64,000 bases of DNA, taken from contig CAKPAI010000001.1 of assembly GCA_934133005.1 (NCBI GenBank), positions 64,478 to 128,477 of the forward strand, written 5' to 3'. Each line of letters opens with the position of its first letter. The stretch's first letter is position 1. This document shows, one piece after another, positions 40,176 through 51,446 of this stretch. The notes beneath the pieces are model-generated. The model searched no databases. It saw only the letters and a program-made list of their open reading frames with translations, and was not told where the DNA came from. Origin of the DNA: an uncultured Clostridia bacterium. GTDB lineage: Bacteria > Bacillota > Clostridia > TANB77 > CAG-508. The position numbers and the translations under genes were made by a program.

Positions 40176-40670
40176 TTATATTAATACAGAAGTGACATGT
40201 ATTGGAATTATATTATTTTTTCCAAGTTTCTGAACTTTTAGCAAATTTCTAACATCATCATCAATAAAAATAATTATATTTGAATTTACACTTACATTTG
40301 ACAAATATTCTGCCTTTACAATATCGCTATTTTCATTGCAATACTCACCATTTTCTTTTGAAAAAATAATTCTATCTTCATTACATATATATGGAATATA
40401 TTTATCAATCCATTCATTTTTTTCTTTTTTCATCTGATTTGTACCAGCACAACTTAATATCTTAAATTTAATTAGTGGATACTTTCCCTTTATTTTTTTC
40501 ATAATGTCAAGTATTGGTCTAATAGGCTTTTTCTTTAAGTATTCTCCGTCTTTCAAAAAATTATTGTCATTATCTAATAAAAATTCAACAATAGTTCCAT
40601 CCATATCTAAATAAATTTCAATATTCTTGTTTTTTTGATATATGCTATTTATTTTACTGCAAAAATCCAT
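40176..40670 (-). CDS. HAD-family 5'(3')-deoxyribonucleotidase-like protein (NT5C)
   Basis: DMDGTIV (DxDGT) motif and FIDDD. Confidence 0.55.
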   Translation of the reverse strand: MDFCSKINSIYQKNKNIEIYLDMDGTIVEFLLDNDNNFLKDGEYLKKKPIRPILDIMKKIKGKYPLIKFKILSCAGTNQMKKEKNEWIDKYIPYICNEDRIIFSKENGEYCNENSDIVKAEYLSNVSVNSNIIIFIDDDVRNLLKVQKLGKNNIIPIHVTSVLI

Positions 40671-40831
40671 GTTTATTTCTCCTAGTCAAAAATTATATAT
40701 TTCTATAATATCAAATAATTTCCTATGATTCAATGCTTCTATTTAATTGGTGTATAAAAAAATGTTCTATAATTATATTTTACTGAATACTATTAAACAA
40801 CAAATCAATTCAAATGGGGGCTTAATTACAT

Positions 40832-41068
40832 ATGTATGGAATTTCAATAGAAGAAAGAGCTATTTTACTTGCTCATTATATTATAGATTCAAAAGACACC
40901 GTGCGAGGCACGGCAAAAAAATACGGTATTTCAAAATCAACAGTACATAAAGATGTAAGTGAACGATTATCAAAAATAAATCCTTCGCTTGCTCATGCTG
41001 TAAGATTAGTTCTAGATGAAAATAAAGCAGAACGACATATTAGACGGCGGTCTAGCTACAAAACTTAA
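40832..41068 (+). CDS. spoIIID: sporulation transcriptional regulator SpoIIID
   Basis: GISKSTVHKDVSERLSKINPSLAHAV matches the SpoIIID HTH. Confidence 0.85.
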   Translation: MYGISIEERAILLAHYIIDSKDTVRGTAKKYGISKSTVHKDVSERLSKINPSLAHAVRLVLDENKAERHIRRRSSYKT

Positions 41069-41147
41069 ATATGATAAAAAAAGAGGAGCATAAATTTTAA
41101 GGTAACTTTGTTTACCTTAAAATTTAATGCTTCTTTCTGTAATTTTA

Positions 41148-42305
41148 TTAACCAAACAATCCCTTTTTCTTGACTGGTGGTTGTTCGTTCATTGTTTTTG
41201 CAAGTTGTGTAAGTAAATCTCTTTGTTCTTTACTTAACCTTTTTGGTACTTGTACTTGAACTGTAAATATTAAATTTCCTCTATATCCAGAATTTATATG
41301 TACAAATCCCTTATCTTTTATTGTAAATTTGGTACCTGTTTGAGTTCCTTCTGGAATTCTATATGTAACTTTTCCTCCATCTACTAATGGAATCTCAAGG
41401 TCTGCACCTAAAGTTGCTTGTGTAAATGTTATTGGAATATCACAATAAACATTATCATCTTTTCTTGTAAATATTGAATTTCTCTTCAAATTTACTGTTA
41501 TGTATATGTCACCATTTGGTCCACCATTTTTACCTGGTTCGCCTTCACCTCTCAATACTACAGTTTGGCCATCATCAATTCCTGCAGGTATCTTTACATT
41601 TATTTTGTTTTGTTTTCTAACAGTTCCTTTGCCTCCACATGTAGTACAAGGTTCTTTTATTACTTTACCAGTTCCATGGCAACGAGAACATGTTGTTTGA
41701 ACTCTCATTTGGCCAAGTAAAGTTGTTTGCATTTGTGTAACTGTTCCTGTTCCGCCACATACACTACATGTTTCTGGCTTAGTTCCTGGTTTTGCACCAG
41801 TTCCAGAACAAGTCTCACATTTTTCATTTCTTGTTATGTTTATTTCTTTGCTAACTCCTGTATATGACTCTTCATAAGTTAAATCAATATTATACTTTAA
41901 ATTAGCACCTTTAGATGGAGCATTAGGATTAGAATTGCTTTTTCTTCCACCACCAAAACCAAATAAATCTCCTAAGTCTCCAAATATATCTCCAAATCCA
42001 CCAAAGTCAGAAGTTGTATATGTATATGTTCCACCATTAAAACCTCCAGCTCCTCCACCAAAGCCATTAAAGCCTTGTGGGCCATCTGGTCCAAACTGGT
42101 CATACATTTTTCTTTTTTGACTATCTGATAGTGTCTCATAAGCTTCATTTACTTCTTTAAATTTAGCTTCTGCTTCTTCTTTATTATCAGGGTTTGCATC
42201 TGGGTGATATTTTTTAGCAAGTTTTCTATATGCTTTTTTTAATTCGTCATCAGTAGCATTTTTGCTTACTCCTAAAACCTCATAATAATCTCTTTTTGTA
42301 GCCAT
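41148..42305 (-). CDS. dnaJ: molecular chaperone DnaJ
   Basis: J-domain HPD, a G/F region and four CxxCxGxG repeats. Confidence 0.95.
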   Translation of the reverse strand: MATKRDYYEVLGVSKNATDDELKKAYRKLAKKYHPDANPDNKEEAEAKFKEVNEAYETLSDSQKRKMYDQFGPDGPQGFNGFGGGAGGFNGGTYTYTTSDFGGFGDIFGDLGDLFGFGGGRKSNSNPNAPSKGANLKYNIDLTYEESYTGVSKEINITRNEKCETCSGTGAKPGTKPETCSVCGGTGTVTQMQTTLLGQMRVQTTCSRCHGTGKVIKEPCTTCGGKGTVRKQNKINVKIPAGIDDGQTVVLRGEGEPGKNGGPNGDIYITVNLKRNSIFTRKDDNVYCDIPITFTQATLGADLEIPLVDGGKVTYRIPEGTQTGTKFTIKDKGFVHINSGYRGNLIFTVQVQVPKRLSKEQRDLLTQLAKTMNEQPPVKKKGLFG

Positions 42306-42382
42306 CTTTTAACTACCTTTCTTAATAGCATTTTCGCCCAATAGGGACCGTCCCTTGTTGGGCGAATATATTTTATTATAAA

Positions 42383-44257
<1,875 letters not shown>

Positions 44258-44334
44258 TTAATTCCTGTCATTGGATATTTTACCCAATTTTTTCTTATCT
44301 TATGAATTATAATTTATTTTTATATTAGTTTTAT

Positions 44335-44877
44335 TTAATTTGCAACCACAACCATCGAATGGCGAATTACTTTATTTCCTATCATATAACCTTTTCTATA
44401 TTCTGAAGCTACTATTTTTTCTCCAAGATTTTCGTCTTGAATAGAACTTACAGCCTCATGAATACTTGGGTCAAATGGCTTTCCAACTGCCTCTATTTCT
44501 TTTACATTTTGTGAAGCAAGTATGTCTTTAAATTGTTTTAACACAAGCTCAATTCCTTTTTTATATTCTTCATCTGTTGTGCTTTGTGCTACTGCATGTT
44601 CTAAGTTGTCAACTACTGGTAAAAGAGGAGTAACTATATCACATATTATTGAATTGTATAAGTTTTCTCTTTCTTTTGCACTTCGTTTTTTTAGGTTATC
44701 AAACTCTGCAATTAGTCTTGTATGTCTGTCTTTTATATCATCTAGCTCACTTGTTAATTTAGATATTTTTTCATTAAGTATTTTTTCTTTGTTTACTTCT
44801 TCTTTTTTTGTATCTTCTTTAACTTCTTCAATAGTAGCATTTTCTTTTTGCTCTATATCTTCTTTTTCTTTACTCAT
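44335..44877 (-). CDS. grpE: nucleotide exchange factor GrpE
   Basis: GrpE C-terminal domain, sitting between hrcA and dnaK. Confidence 0.9.
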   Translation of the reverse strand: MSKEKEDIEQKENATIEEVKEDTKKEEVNKEKILNEKISKLTSELDDIKDRHTRLIAEFDNLKKRSAKERENLYNSIICDIVTPLLPVVDNLEHAVAQSTTDEEYKKGIELVLKQFKDILASQNVKEIEAVGKPFDPSIHEAVSSIQDENLGEKIVASEYRKGYMIGNKVIRHSMVVVAN

Positions 44878-45925
44878 CTTCTGTCTCCTTTCCCTTATCT
44901 AATATATTTTTACTTTTTTCATTAAGCTTTTTGCTAATAAATTTCATTGCTGATATTACTTTTGAATAGTCCATTCTAGTTGGTCCTATTATTGCAATAG
45001 TTCCTAAATCTTGACCATTTTCTTTATGTTTAAATGTAATTACACTAAAGTCTTTTAAGGCTTCATTTATGTTTTCATCACCAATGTAAACTTTTATTTC
45101 ATCTTCGTCATTATCATTATTTAATATACCTATTAATTTTTTTGTTTTTTCTGTATCTAATATATTTACAAAATTTCTTGCAACCTCTAGGTCCTTAAAT
45201 TCTGGAAATTCAAATGATTTATTAGCGCCTTCTGTGTATACTTGAATATCTTCATCAATAGATTTTTTAATTTGTTCCAAAACTGGCTTTACAACCTTTA
45301 GCATGTTATTCATTTCTTCATGCATAAAATCTTCAAATGGTCCTTCAATATCAGTTAATGGCCTTCCTCTTAATCTATTGTTGAATAAATATGTTAATGT
45401 TTCAACTTGTTCGTTTGTAATATCTTCATCAAACTTTATGATAGTTTCCTTTATCATTCCATTTTGTGTTAGTATTACTGCCATAAGCAACCTTGAACCT
45501 AATAAAACAAATTTGATTTCTTGAATTTCTTTTTCATTTACACTAGGACTTACACCAACCGATGTATAATGAGTTACTTCTGAAAGTGTTGATGTAGTAA
45601 TCTTTGTCAAATCTTCTATTTGATTTATCTTTGATTCTAATTGCTCTTGAATATATTTTACTTCTTGCCTATTTATATTATTGTAATTCATTAGTTCGTC
45701 TACATAGTATCTATAACCTTTGCTTGAAGGAATTCTTCCACTTGATGTGTGTGTTTTATCAAGTAATCCAATTTTTTCAAGCTCTGCCATATCATTCCTT
45801 ATAGTAGCTGAACTAAAGTCAATTTCGCCTTTTTCAACTATATCTTTAGAGCTTACAGGTTCTGCTGTTTCTATATATTCTTCTACAATTGCTTGTAATA
45901 TTTTTTTCTTTCTATCATCTAACAT
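44870..45925 (-). CDS. hrcA: heat-inducible transcription repressor HrcA
   Basis: N-terminal winged HTH, first gene of the dnaK operon. Confidence 0.9.
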   Translation of the reverse strand: MLDDRKKKILQAIVEEYIETAEPVSSKDIVEKGEIDFSSATIRNDMAELEKIGLLDKTHTSSGRIPSSKGYRYYVDELMNYNNINRQEVKYIQEQLESKINQIEDLTKITTSTLSEVTHYTSVGVSPSVNEKEIQEIKFVLLGSRLLMAVILTQNGMIKETIIKFDEDITNEQVETLTYLFNNRLRGRPLTDIEGPFEDFMHEEMNNMLKVVKPVLEQIKKSIDEDIQVYTEGANKSFEFPEFKDLEVARNFVNILDTEKTKKLIGILNNDNDEDEIKVYIGDENINEALKDFSVITFKHKENGQDLGTIAIIGPTRMDYSKVISAMKFISKKLNEKSKNILDKGKETEDE

Positions 45926-45936
45926 ATTCCACCTCT

Positions 45937-45963
45937 ATTAGCACTCTAGATATATTCTTGCTA
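45937..45963. promoter_or_regulatory. CIRCE-like operator (degenerate) upstream of hrcA
   Basis: TTAGCACTC-N9-TCTTGCTAA versus consensus TTAGCACTC-N9-GAGTGCTAA. A TTGACA-N17-TATTAT promoter lies on the minus strand at about 45970-46000. Confidence 0.45.
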
Positions 45964-46148
45964 ATCTTTGTATATAATATAACTAAAATTAGCAATTGTC
46001 AAGTACAATTGCTAATTTTTTTATAGTTTTTTATTCATCTAATATTTTTAATTTTTTCACTTCTCCTACACGCTTCGACAGACTTTGCAATTTTTATGTT
46101 ATATAATTATATTTCCTTTATCCTAAAGGAGAAAGGAGGTGCTTTTCG

Positions 46149-46217
46149 TTTGAAAAAGCTTATAAAAGTTCTAGTACTTATCATCCTTTATATGATTATA
46201 AACGATGACAAAGACTA
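46149..46217 (+). CDS. 22-aa hydrophobic peptide (M/L)KKLIKVLVLIILYMIINDDKD, Fst/Ibs-like candidate type I toxin
   Basis: AAAGGAGAAAGGAGGTG followed by a TTG start. Third paralog of this module. Confidence 0.5.
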
Positions 46218-46219
46218 AA

Positions 46220-46254
46220 GTAAAATACTAGGGATGGCAGTCCCTAGTATTTTT
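46220..46254. terminator. bidirectional rho-independent terminator
   Basis: ACTAGGGATGGCAGTCCCTAGT followed by TTTTTT, with an A-run upstream. Confidence 0.65.
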
Positions 46255-46291
46255 TGTGCATTTTCGTTGAAAAAGCTTTTAACTATATTTA

Positions 46292-46320
46292 GTATATAGC
46301 TATTTATAGTATATGTCAAT
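46292..46320 (-). promoter_or_regulatory. convergent sigma-A promoter (TTGACA-N17-TATACT) for a putative antisense RNA
   Basis: -35 at plus 46315-46320 and -10 at plus 46292-46297. The transcript would cover repeat 46255-46283 (a copy of the toxin SD/TTG region) and end at the shared terminator. Confidence 0.45.
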
Positions 46321-46374
46321 AAGAATTTCTTATTCATTTAAAAATCTTTCGACAAAATTATGCAAAAACTATTT

Positions 46375-46614
46375 TTACTTGATTGAATATGAACTTCCAT
46401 CTTCACTTAATTTTAGTTCAACATTCGATTTTAAACATATTACTGGGCGAATTCCTCCATAATAGAAATCAATGTCAGCAAAGCTTATATTTGAACTATT
46501 ACTATTCACACAACTTACTCTTGTAGTTAAATTTGCATTAGGACTTGCCAACCAATACATGTATCCATGATTAAATATGGCAGTATTGAAAATTATCCAA
46601 AGACAAATACACAT
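46375..46614 (-). pseudogene. C-terminal fragment of a pilin-like protein (…GIRPVICL…SEDGSSYSIK), lacking the N-terminal signal
   Basis: C-terminus is homologous to 50930-51238. No prepilin-like N-terminus upstream. Confidence 0.35.
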
Positions 46615-46995
46615 ATACTGAACGATATGCAGTTTATTTGCTAAAAATAATAGAAAAATTGCATATATATTATAAAAATGACTTTGTTATAGTTATTCAA
46701 ATAAATATTAAGAATTTTATAACAAAAATGAATATTACATACTAAAATCTTTACATACTAAAAATATGTTTCTTTCAATGAGTGATACTCCTAAAAGTAA
46801 CGATTTATCAAGTATTTGTTATGCTATACTTAATGAACTTTCTAATGATTTTGAAATTTTGAAAAAACAGGCTAAAAAAAATTAATCTTATAAAAAAAGC
46901 AAACTTACTGAAGATGAATTTTATGAGTGGATTTTGAAAAATAAATAAACAAATAAAAAATCACTAAAATTAGTGATTTTTTATTTGCTGGAAGA

Positions 46996-48979
46996 TTACC
47001 ACGAACCTCCTCCACCTCCTCCAGAGCCACCTCCAGATGAACCACCTCCAGAACTGCTTCCGCTATCACTTGATGGACTAGATGACATAGCACTTTGTGC
47101 TGATCTCATTGTATCATTCATAAAATGATTAAATTCATGAATACTAAATGCACTATAGCCTACATACCAATCTGGAGCTTGTATTGCTATTGTTTCAAAT
47201 TGACTCATCCAAACCTCAGATACTCCTAAAGCATAAGTATAAGGAAGAATATTGTAAAAATACTCTGGATTTTCATTCACTAGCGCCTCTAGTTGAAGTT
47301 TTTCTGCTGTTTCTAAAAACCTTTTAAATCCACTTAGTTTTCCCAACATTTCATTTCCAAATGGTGTCCTTTTAGGCATTATCTTAACAAATAATATCAA
47401 TACTGCAATACTAATTATACCAATAATATAAGTTATTAAATACATTACATCTTGAGTTAATGTTGGTAATACCATAAAAGCCCAAGGCATTCCTCCAAAC
47501 ATTCCACCCCATATTATTGCAAATAATTTAGGCATTTTTATTGCACCTATAAGGCTTCCTATCAATATGGTAAATCCTATTCCGTGGAAATAATAATGCA
47601 AATAGCAATGTTCCAACTTCTCCATATTCAATAACAGGTTTTACTGTTATTAAAATAAATACCGCAATAATCATTAGTATTAAATATTTTCCTTTACCGC
47701 TTGCTGATGATTCAAATATTTCATTCTTATTCTCTTTTGAATTCATTTTTGTTTTTATTCTATTTAATGTTGTATAGAAATTATCATATAAATCAGATGA
47801 AGTAACAGATATTTTAGCATTAGAATTATCCATTGACATTTCCATAGCATCTTGGAAACTAATTTTTTCTCCTCGTATTTTAGATTCTTTAATAATTTTT
47901 TGTGCTTTTACCATATTTACAGAACCAGTTATTCTACCTTTAAAAAGTCCATTAAAAAATAACCTTTCACATTCATTATTTCCATCATATTCTTTTATTT
48001 TTGTAATTCTAAAACCTTTAGATTTCTTGAATATTCCTCGTTCTTCTGTTTCTTCAATTTTCAAGTAACCTTGATTAGCTAAATAAATAAGTAATGATAT
48101 AATTCCTTTTGTATCTGCTGATCCATTATATAAAAATCCTACTTCTGCTGAGTTATATCCCTCTGGCGGATAAAATTCTACTGTTTCAACTACTTGTTCA
48201 TCTTTTCCATATTTTGCCCATAATCTATCTGCAATTAAAACAAATATCGCACACAAAATTATAACAAATATAGAAAATATATCAATATTACTACTTGCTC
48301 CAACGAAATACCCTTCTGGTAGAGTAAGTCTCACAGTTAATGCTTGTCCAGCATTTAGTGTATTTATAATATTTCCTGTAATAATATTTCCATTTACACT
48401 ATATATTACATTAGAACTATTAGTAGAACCTACATTTCCACTTGAAAAACCTAAAAGTGATTTATCAAAAGATTTAGGCATTGTTATAGAAAAAGATACA
48501 TTACTTATACTTGTATCCCATTGTTCGCCAATTAAGTTAAAATATAATTCATCTGCATTTTTCAAAGGATCTTTTCCTATATTATACTTATATTTAATTG
48601 TATAACTATGTTTTCCTGTGAATGTTTGATTGGTATTTCCAATTTTTATCACTTTATACCCATTTTCATTAGTAGTAGTATAATCTTCGCTTACATTAAT
48701 ATCTATTATTTGGGCTCTATTATTTGATTTAGTTCCATCAGTTCTAGTGATTGAATTTTTTAAAGGAATTTTTCTATAGATTCCGTGCTTTGCCATATTA
48801 AAATATGCGGTGATATTTTCTGTTATGTCAAAAGTGTTATCTTCATTTACAATCATATTTATGTTATATGATTGTATGGTATATTCGCTTGTTGATATTA
48901 CTCCTAATGATTGATTCGGTATTAGCAATATAAAACACATAATTATAACGAATATTCCACTCAAACTCTTTTGTTTCAT
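46996..48979 (-). pseudogene. DUF2207 family membrane protein split by a frameshift (ORFs 47528-48979 and 46996-47631)
   Basis: Two overlapping ORFs in different frames together cover the DUF2207 architecture: signal, extracellular domain, TM, cytoplasmic region, TMs and a Gly-rich tail. The frameshift maps to about 47600-47631. Confidence 0.5.
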
Positions 48980-48980
48980 A

Positions 48981-49523
48981 TTATAAATCCACCTTTACAT
49001 TATTTTTTTCATTTGTGTTTACCTTAAACATATTGGCAGAATGAAATCCAAACAGATTAGCTACAATATTACTAGGAAACATTTGAATTTTATCATTAAA
49101 ATTTCTTACAGTTCCATTGTAATATTTTCTACTATTTGCTATTTCATCTTCTATTTTAGTTAAATCATGACTTAATTCAATAAAGTTTTGATTAGCTTTT
49201 AAATCTGGATAATTTTCAGAAATAGCCATAATTCTTGATAAGCCTTGAGTTAACTGTTCATTCATATTAATTTTCTTGTCCATTGACATAGTTTCATAAG
49301 CATTCGTTCTTAAAGCTGTAATTTTTTCAATCGTTTCTTTTTCATGTTTTGCATATCCTTTTACAACCTCAACTAGATTAGGGATTAAGTCCCATCTTTT
49401 TTTCAGATATACATCCATTGTTGAAAATGCTTCTTTTACAAGATTGTTCGACTTTATTAATCCATTATATGTTACAAGAACATATAATAATATTATTAAT
49501 CCAATAATTATATATAATGTCAT
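48981..49523 (-). CDS. lemA: LemA family protein
   Basis: N-terminal TM segment plus a LemA domain. The LemA/DUF2207 pairing is conserved. Confidence 0.85.
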   Translation of the reverse strand: MTLYIIIGLIILLYVLVTYNGLIKSNNLVKEAFSTMDVYLKKRWDLIPNLVEVVKGYAKHEKETIEKITALRTNAYETMSMDKKINMNEQLTQGLSRIMAISENYPDLKANQNFIELSHDLTKIEDEIANSRKYYNGTVRNFNDKIQMFPSNIVANLFGFHSANMFKVNTNEKNNVKVDL

Positions 49524-49534
49524 TGTAAATTCTC

Positions 49535-50797
49535 CTATTTAATATCTTTATATTTTTTCATCTTTATTCCAAATATTACCAATAAGATAAAATTAAATGT
49601 CATTATTATATAGATAGCATTACTTACACCTGTTTTAGGTAAAGTACTTTTTGAAATTGTGTTATCTTTAGATGTGCTACTAGTTTGTTGTGCTGTCTGT
49701 GGTTTTTGTGTTTGTTCTTGCTGTTGCCCAGCTGAATCATTTTCACTAGGCTTATTATTTGTAGTTGTAGTATTTATTTTTAATGTTATTGTATCTAAAG
49801 TCTTATTTTCTGTATTTTCTTCTACAGTAATATAAAACGATTTTTTTGTTTCTCCCACATAAATATATCCATTAGCTTTTCCAACTCTTGTTCCAGTAAT
49901 TTCCACACAATTTTCATTTACCTCTTTATAATCATAGCCAGAACCAGAAATTTCGTGACCTGTAATTTTCTCTGTTGCTTCAAATCTACATTTTTGCCCA
50001 ACTTTTAATTCAATTGAATAATCAGCATTATCCTTTGTAATATCCTTATTTAAAAAAGATTCACCTATTTGGTTAGCATATCCTTTTATTTTTGAAAAGT
50101 CTGCATCAACATTTACAGTTAATGATGATACTAATTTGCAAGAAGTCTCAGTTACATCTTTTCTTTCAGTAACCAATTCATAAGAATTAATACCACTTGT
50201 CGTATCTGCTATTGTTTGTTTATCTTTGTATGTAGCATTTACATATTCCATTACTTTTTCGCCAAACTCAGAAGCATATATAGTTTTTGTATCACTTTCA
50301 TCTCTATCTATTGTAACACCATCTGACATATTAGTATCATCAATAATTACATATGAATTTTCACTTGACCAAGAGCCATTAAAAGCATTTCCTAAATATG
50401 ACATAAAAAAATATGCATTTGCATCTTCAAACTCTACACCTTGAATTTTTGCCACCGCAATATAACCAATCATAGGTAAAATTAAATTATCTGTTTGAGC
50501 TTTAAAATCTTTATAGCTCATACCTTTCTCAATAGGAATTTCTAAAGTAAATTTTGGTTTTTCTGCTAAGTTATAATTTAGAGTATAACTTTTTCCATCA
50601 ACTGCTATTGTGATGATATTATCAGATACAGTAATTTTATAATTATTTTCATTTGCACCTGACGAAACAAATTCTTGTAAAGACGCATTAAGATTTTCTT
50701 TTGTTACAGTTATAGCCGTAGCATAACAATTAATAAACAAACTATTCAATAATAAAATATTTAATATTAATAGTGTTATTTTTCTTATTTTTTGCAT
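49535..50797 (-). CDS. LPXTG-anchored cell-wall surface protein
   Basis: Signal peptide. C-terminus reads LPKTG, then a hydrophobic stretch, then KKYKDIK. A Q/T-rich stalk is present. Confidence 0.75.
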   Translation of the reverse strand: MQKIRKITLLILNILLLNSLFINCYATAITVTKENLNASLQEFVSSGANENNYKITVSDNIITIAVDGKSYTLNYNLAEKPKFTLEIPIEKGMSYKDFKAQTDNLILPMIGYIAVAKIQGVEFEDANAYFFMSYLGNAFNGSWSSENSYVIIDDTNMSDGVTIDRDESDTKTIYASEFGEKVMEYVNATYKDKQTIADTTSGINSYELVTERKDVTETSCKLVSSLTVNVDADFSKIKGYANQIGESFLNKDITKDNADYSIELKVGQKCRFEATEKITGHEISGSGYDYKEVNENCVEITGTRVGKANGYIYVGETKKSFYITVEENTENKTLDTITLKINTTTTNNKPSENDSAGQQQEQTQKPQTAQQTSSTSKDNTISKSTLPKTGVSNAIYIIMTFNFILLVIFGIKMKKYKDIK

Positions 50798-50929
50798 CTT
50801 TACACCCCCTCTCTTTTGTTTGAATAATTATTATATTTTTTATAATAACATATTTCGATTTTTTTATCAATAATTTTTAAAATTATTTAGATCAAACTTA
50901 ATAAGACAAAATTATGCAAAAACTACTTT

Positions 50930-51420
50930 TTACTTGATTGAATATGAACTTCCATCTTCACTTAAAATTAATGTTACTGATGAGTTTAAACAAACAACCG
51001 GTCGAATACCAACGCTATTATATATTCCACTCGTATATAAATCTTCTCTTTCTCCTGATACATATTTGTTAAAATTTTTACTATCACTCGGAGCTGCAAC
51101 CCAATAACTTACTCCATTATTATATATAGAATTCTTAACCAGTTTCATTTCATTATACATTTTATAACCAGTATCACTTTGTGATATTTCAATATTTTTA
51201 TCGTAATATTTATTATATGATTTTATAATCATTTCCAATGTAGGTGCCCCAATTACCCAAGCAGCTCTTTTGCCCTATTTATTCCATTTTGTCCTACTAC
51301 TAAGTTTATTGATGCTCTTGCTAAAATTAAAAGTACTACTAAGTCAACTAATGTTATACCGTGATTTTCTTTAATATGTCAGTGTGTACAGCCTCAAGGC
51401 TTTCATAGTATTTCATTATT
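50930..51420 (-). pseudogene. decayed pilin-like gene: degenerate leader MKALRLYTLTY*, out-of-frame G|ITLVDLVVLLILA… segment, plus the 102-aa ORF 50930-51238
   Basis: Leader is homologous to the upstream region of 51447-52770. The (GT)n tract is collapsed to about (GT)3. Internal stops are present. Confidence 0.4.
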
Positions 51421-51446
51421 ATTTTTCTTCTTTGCTTTTTTATCAT

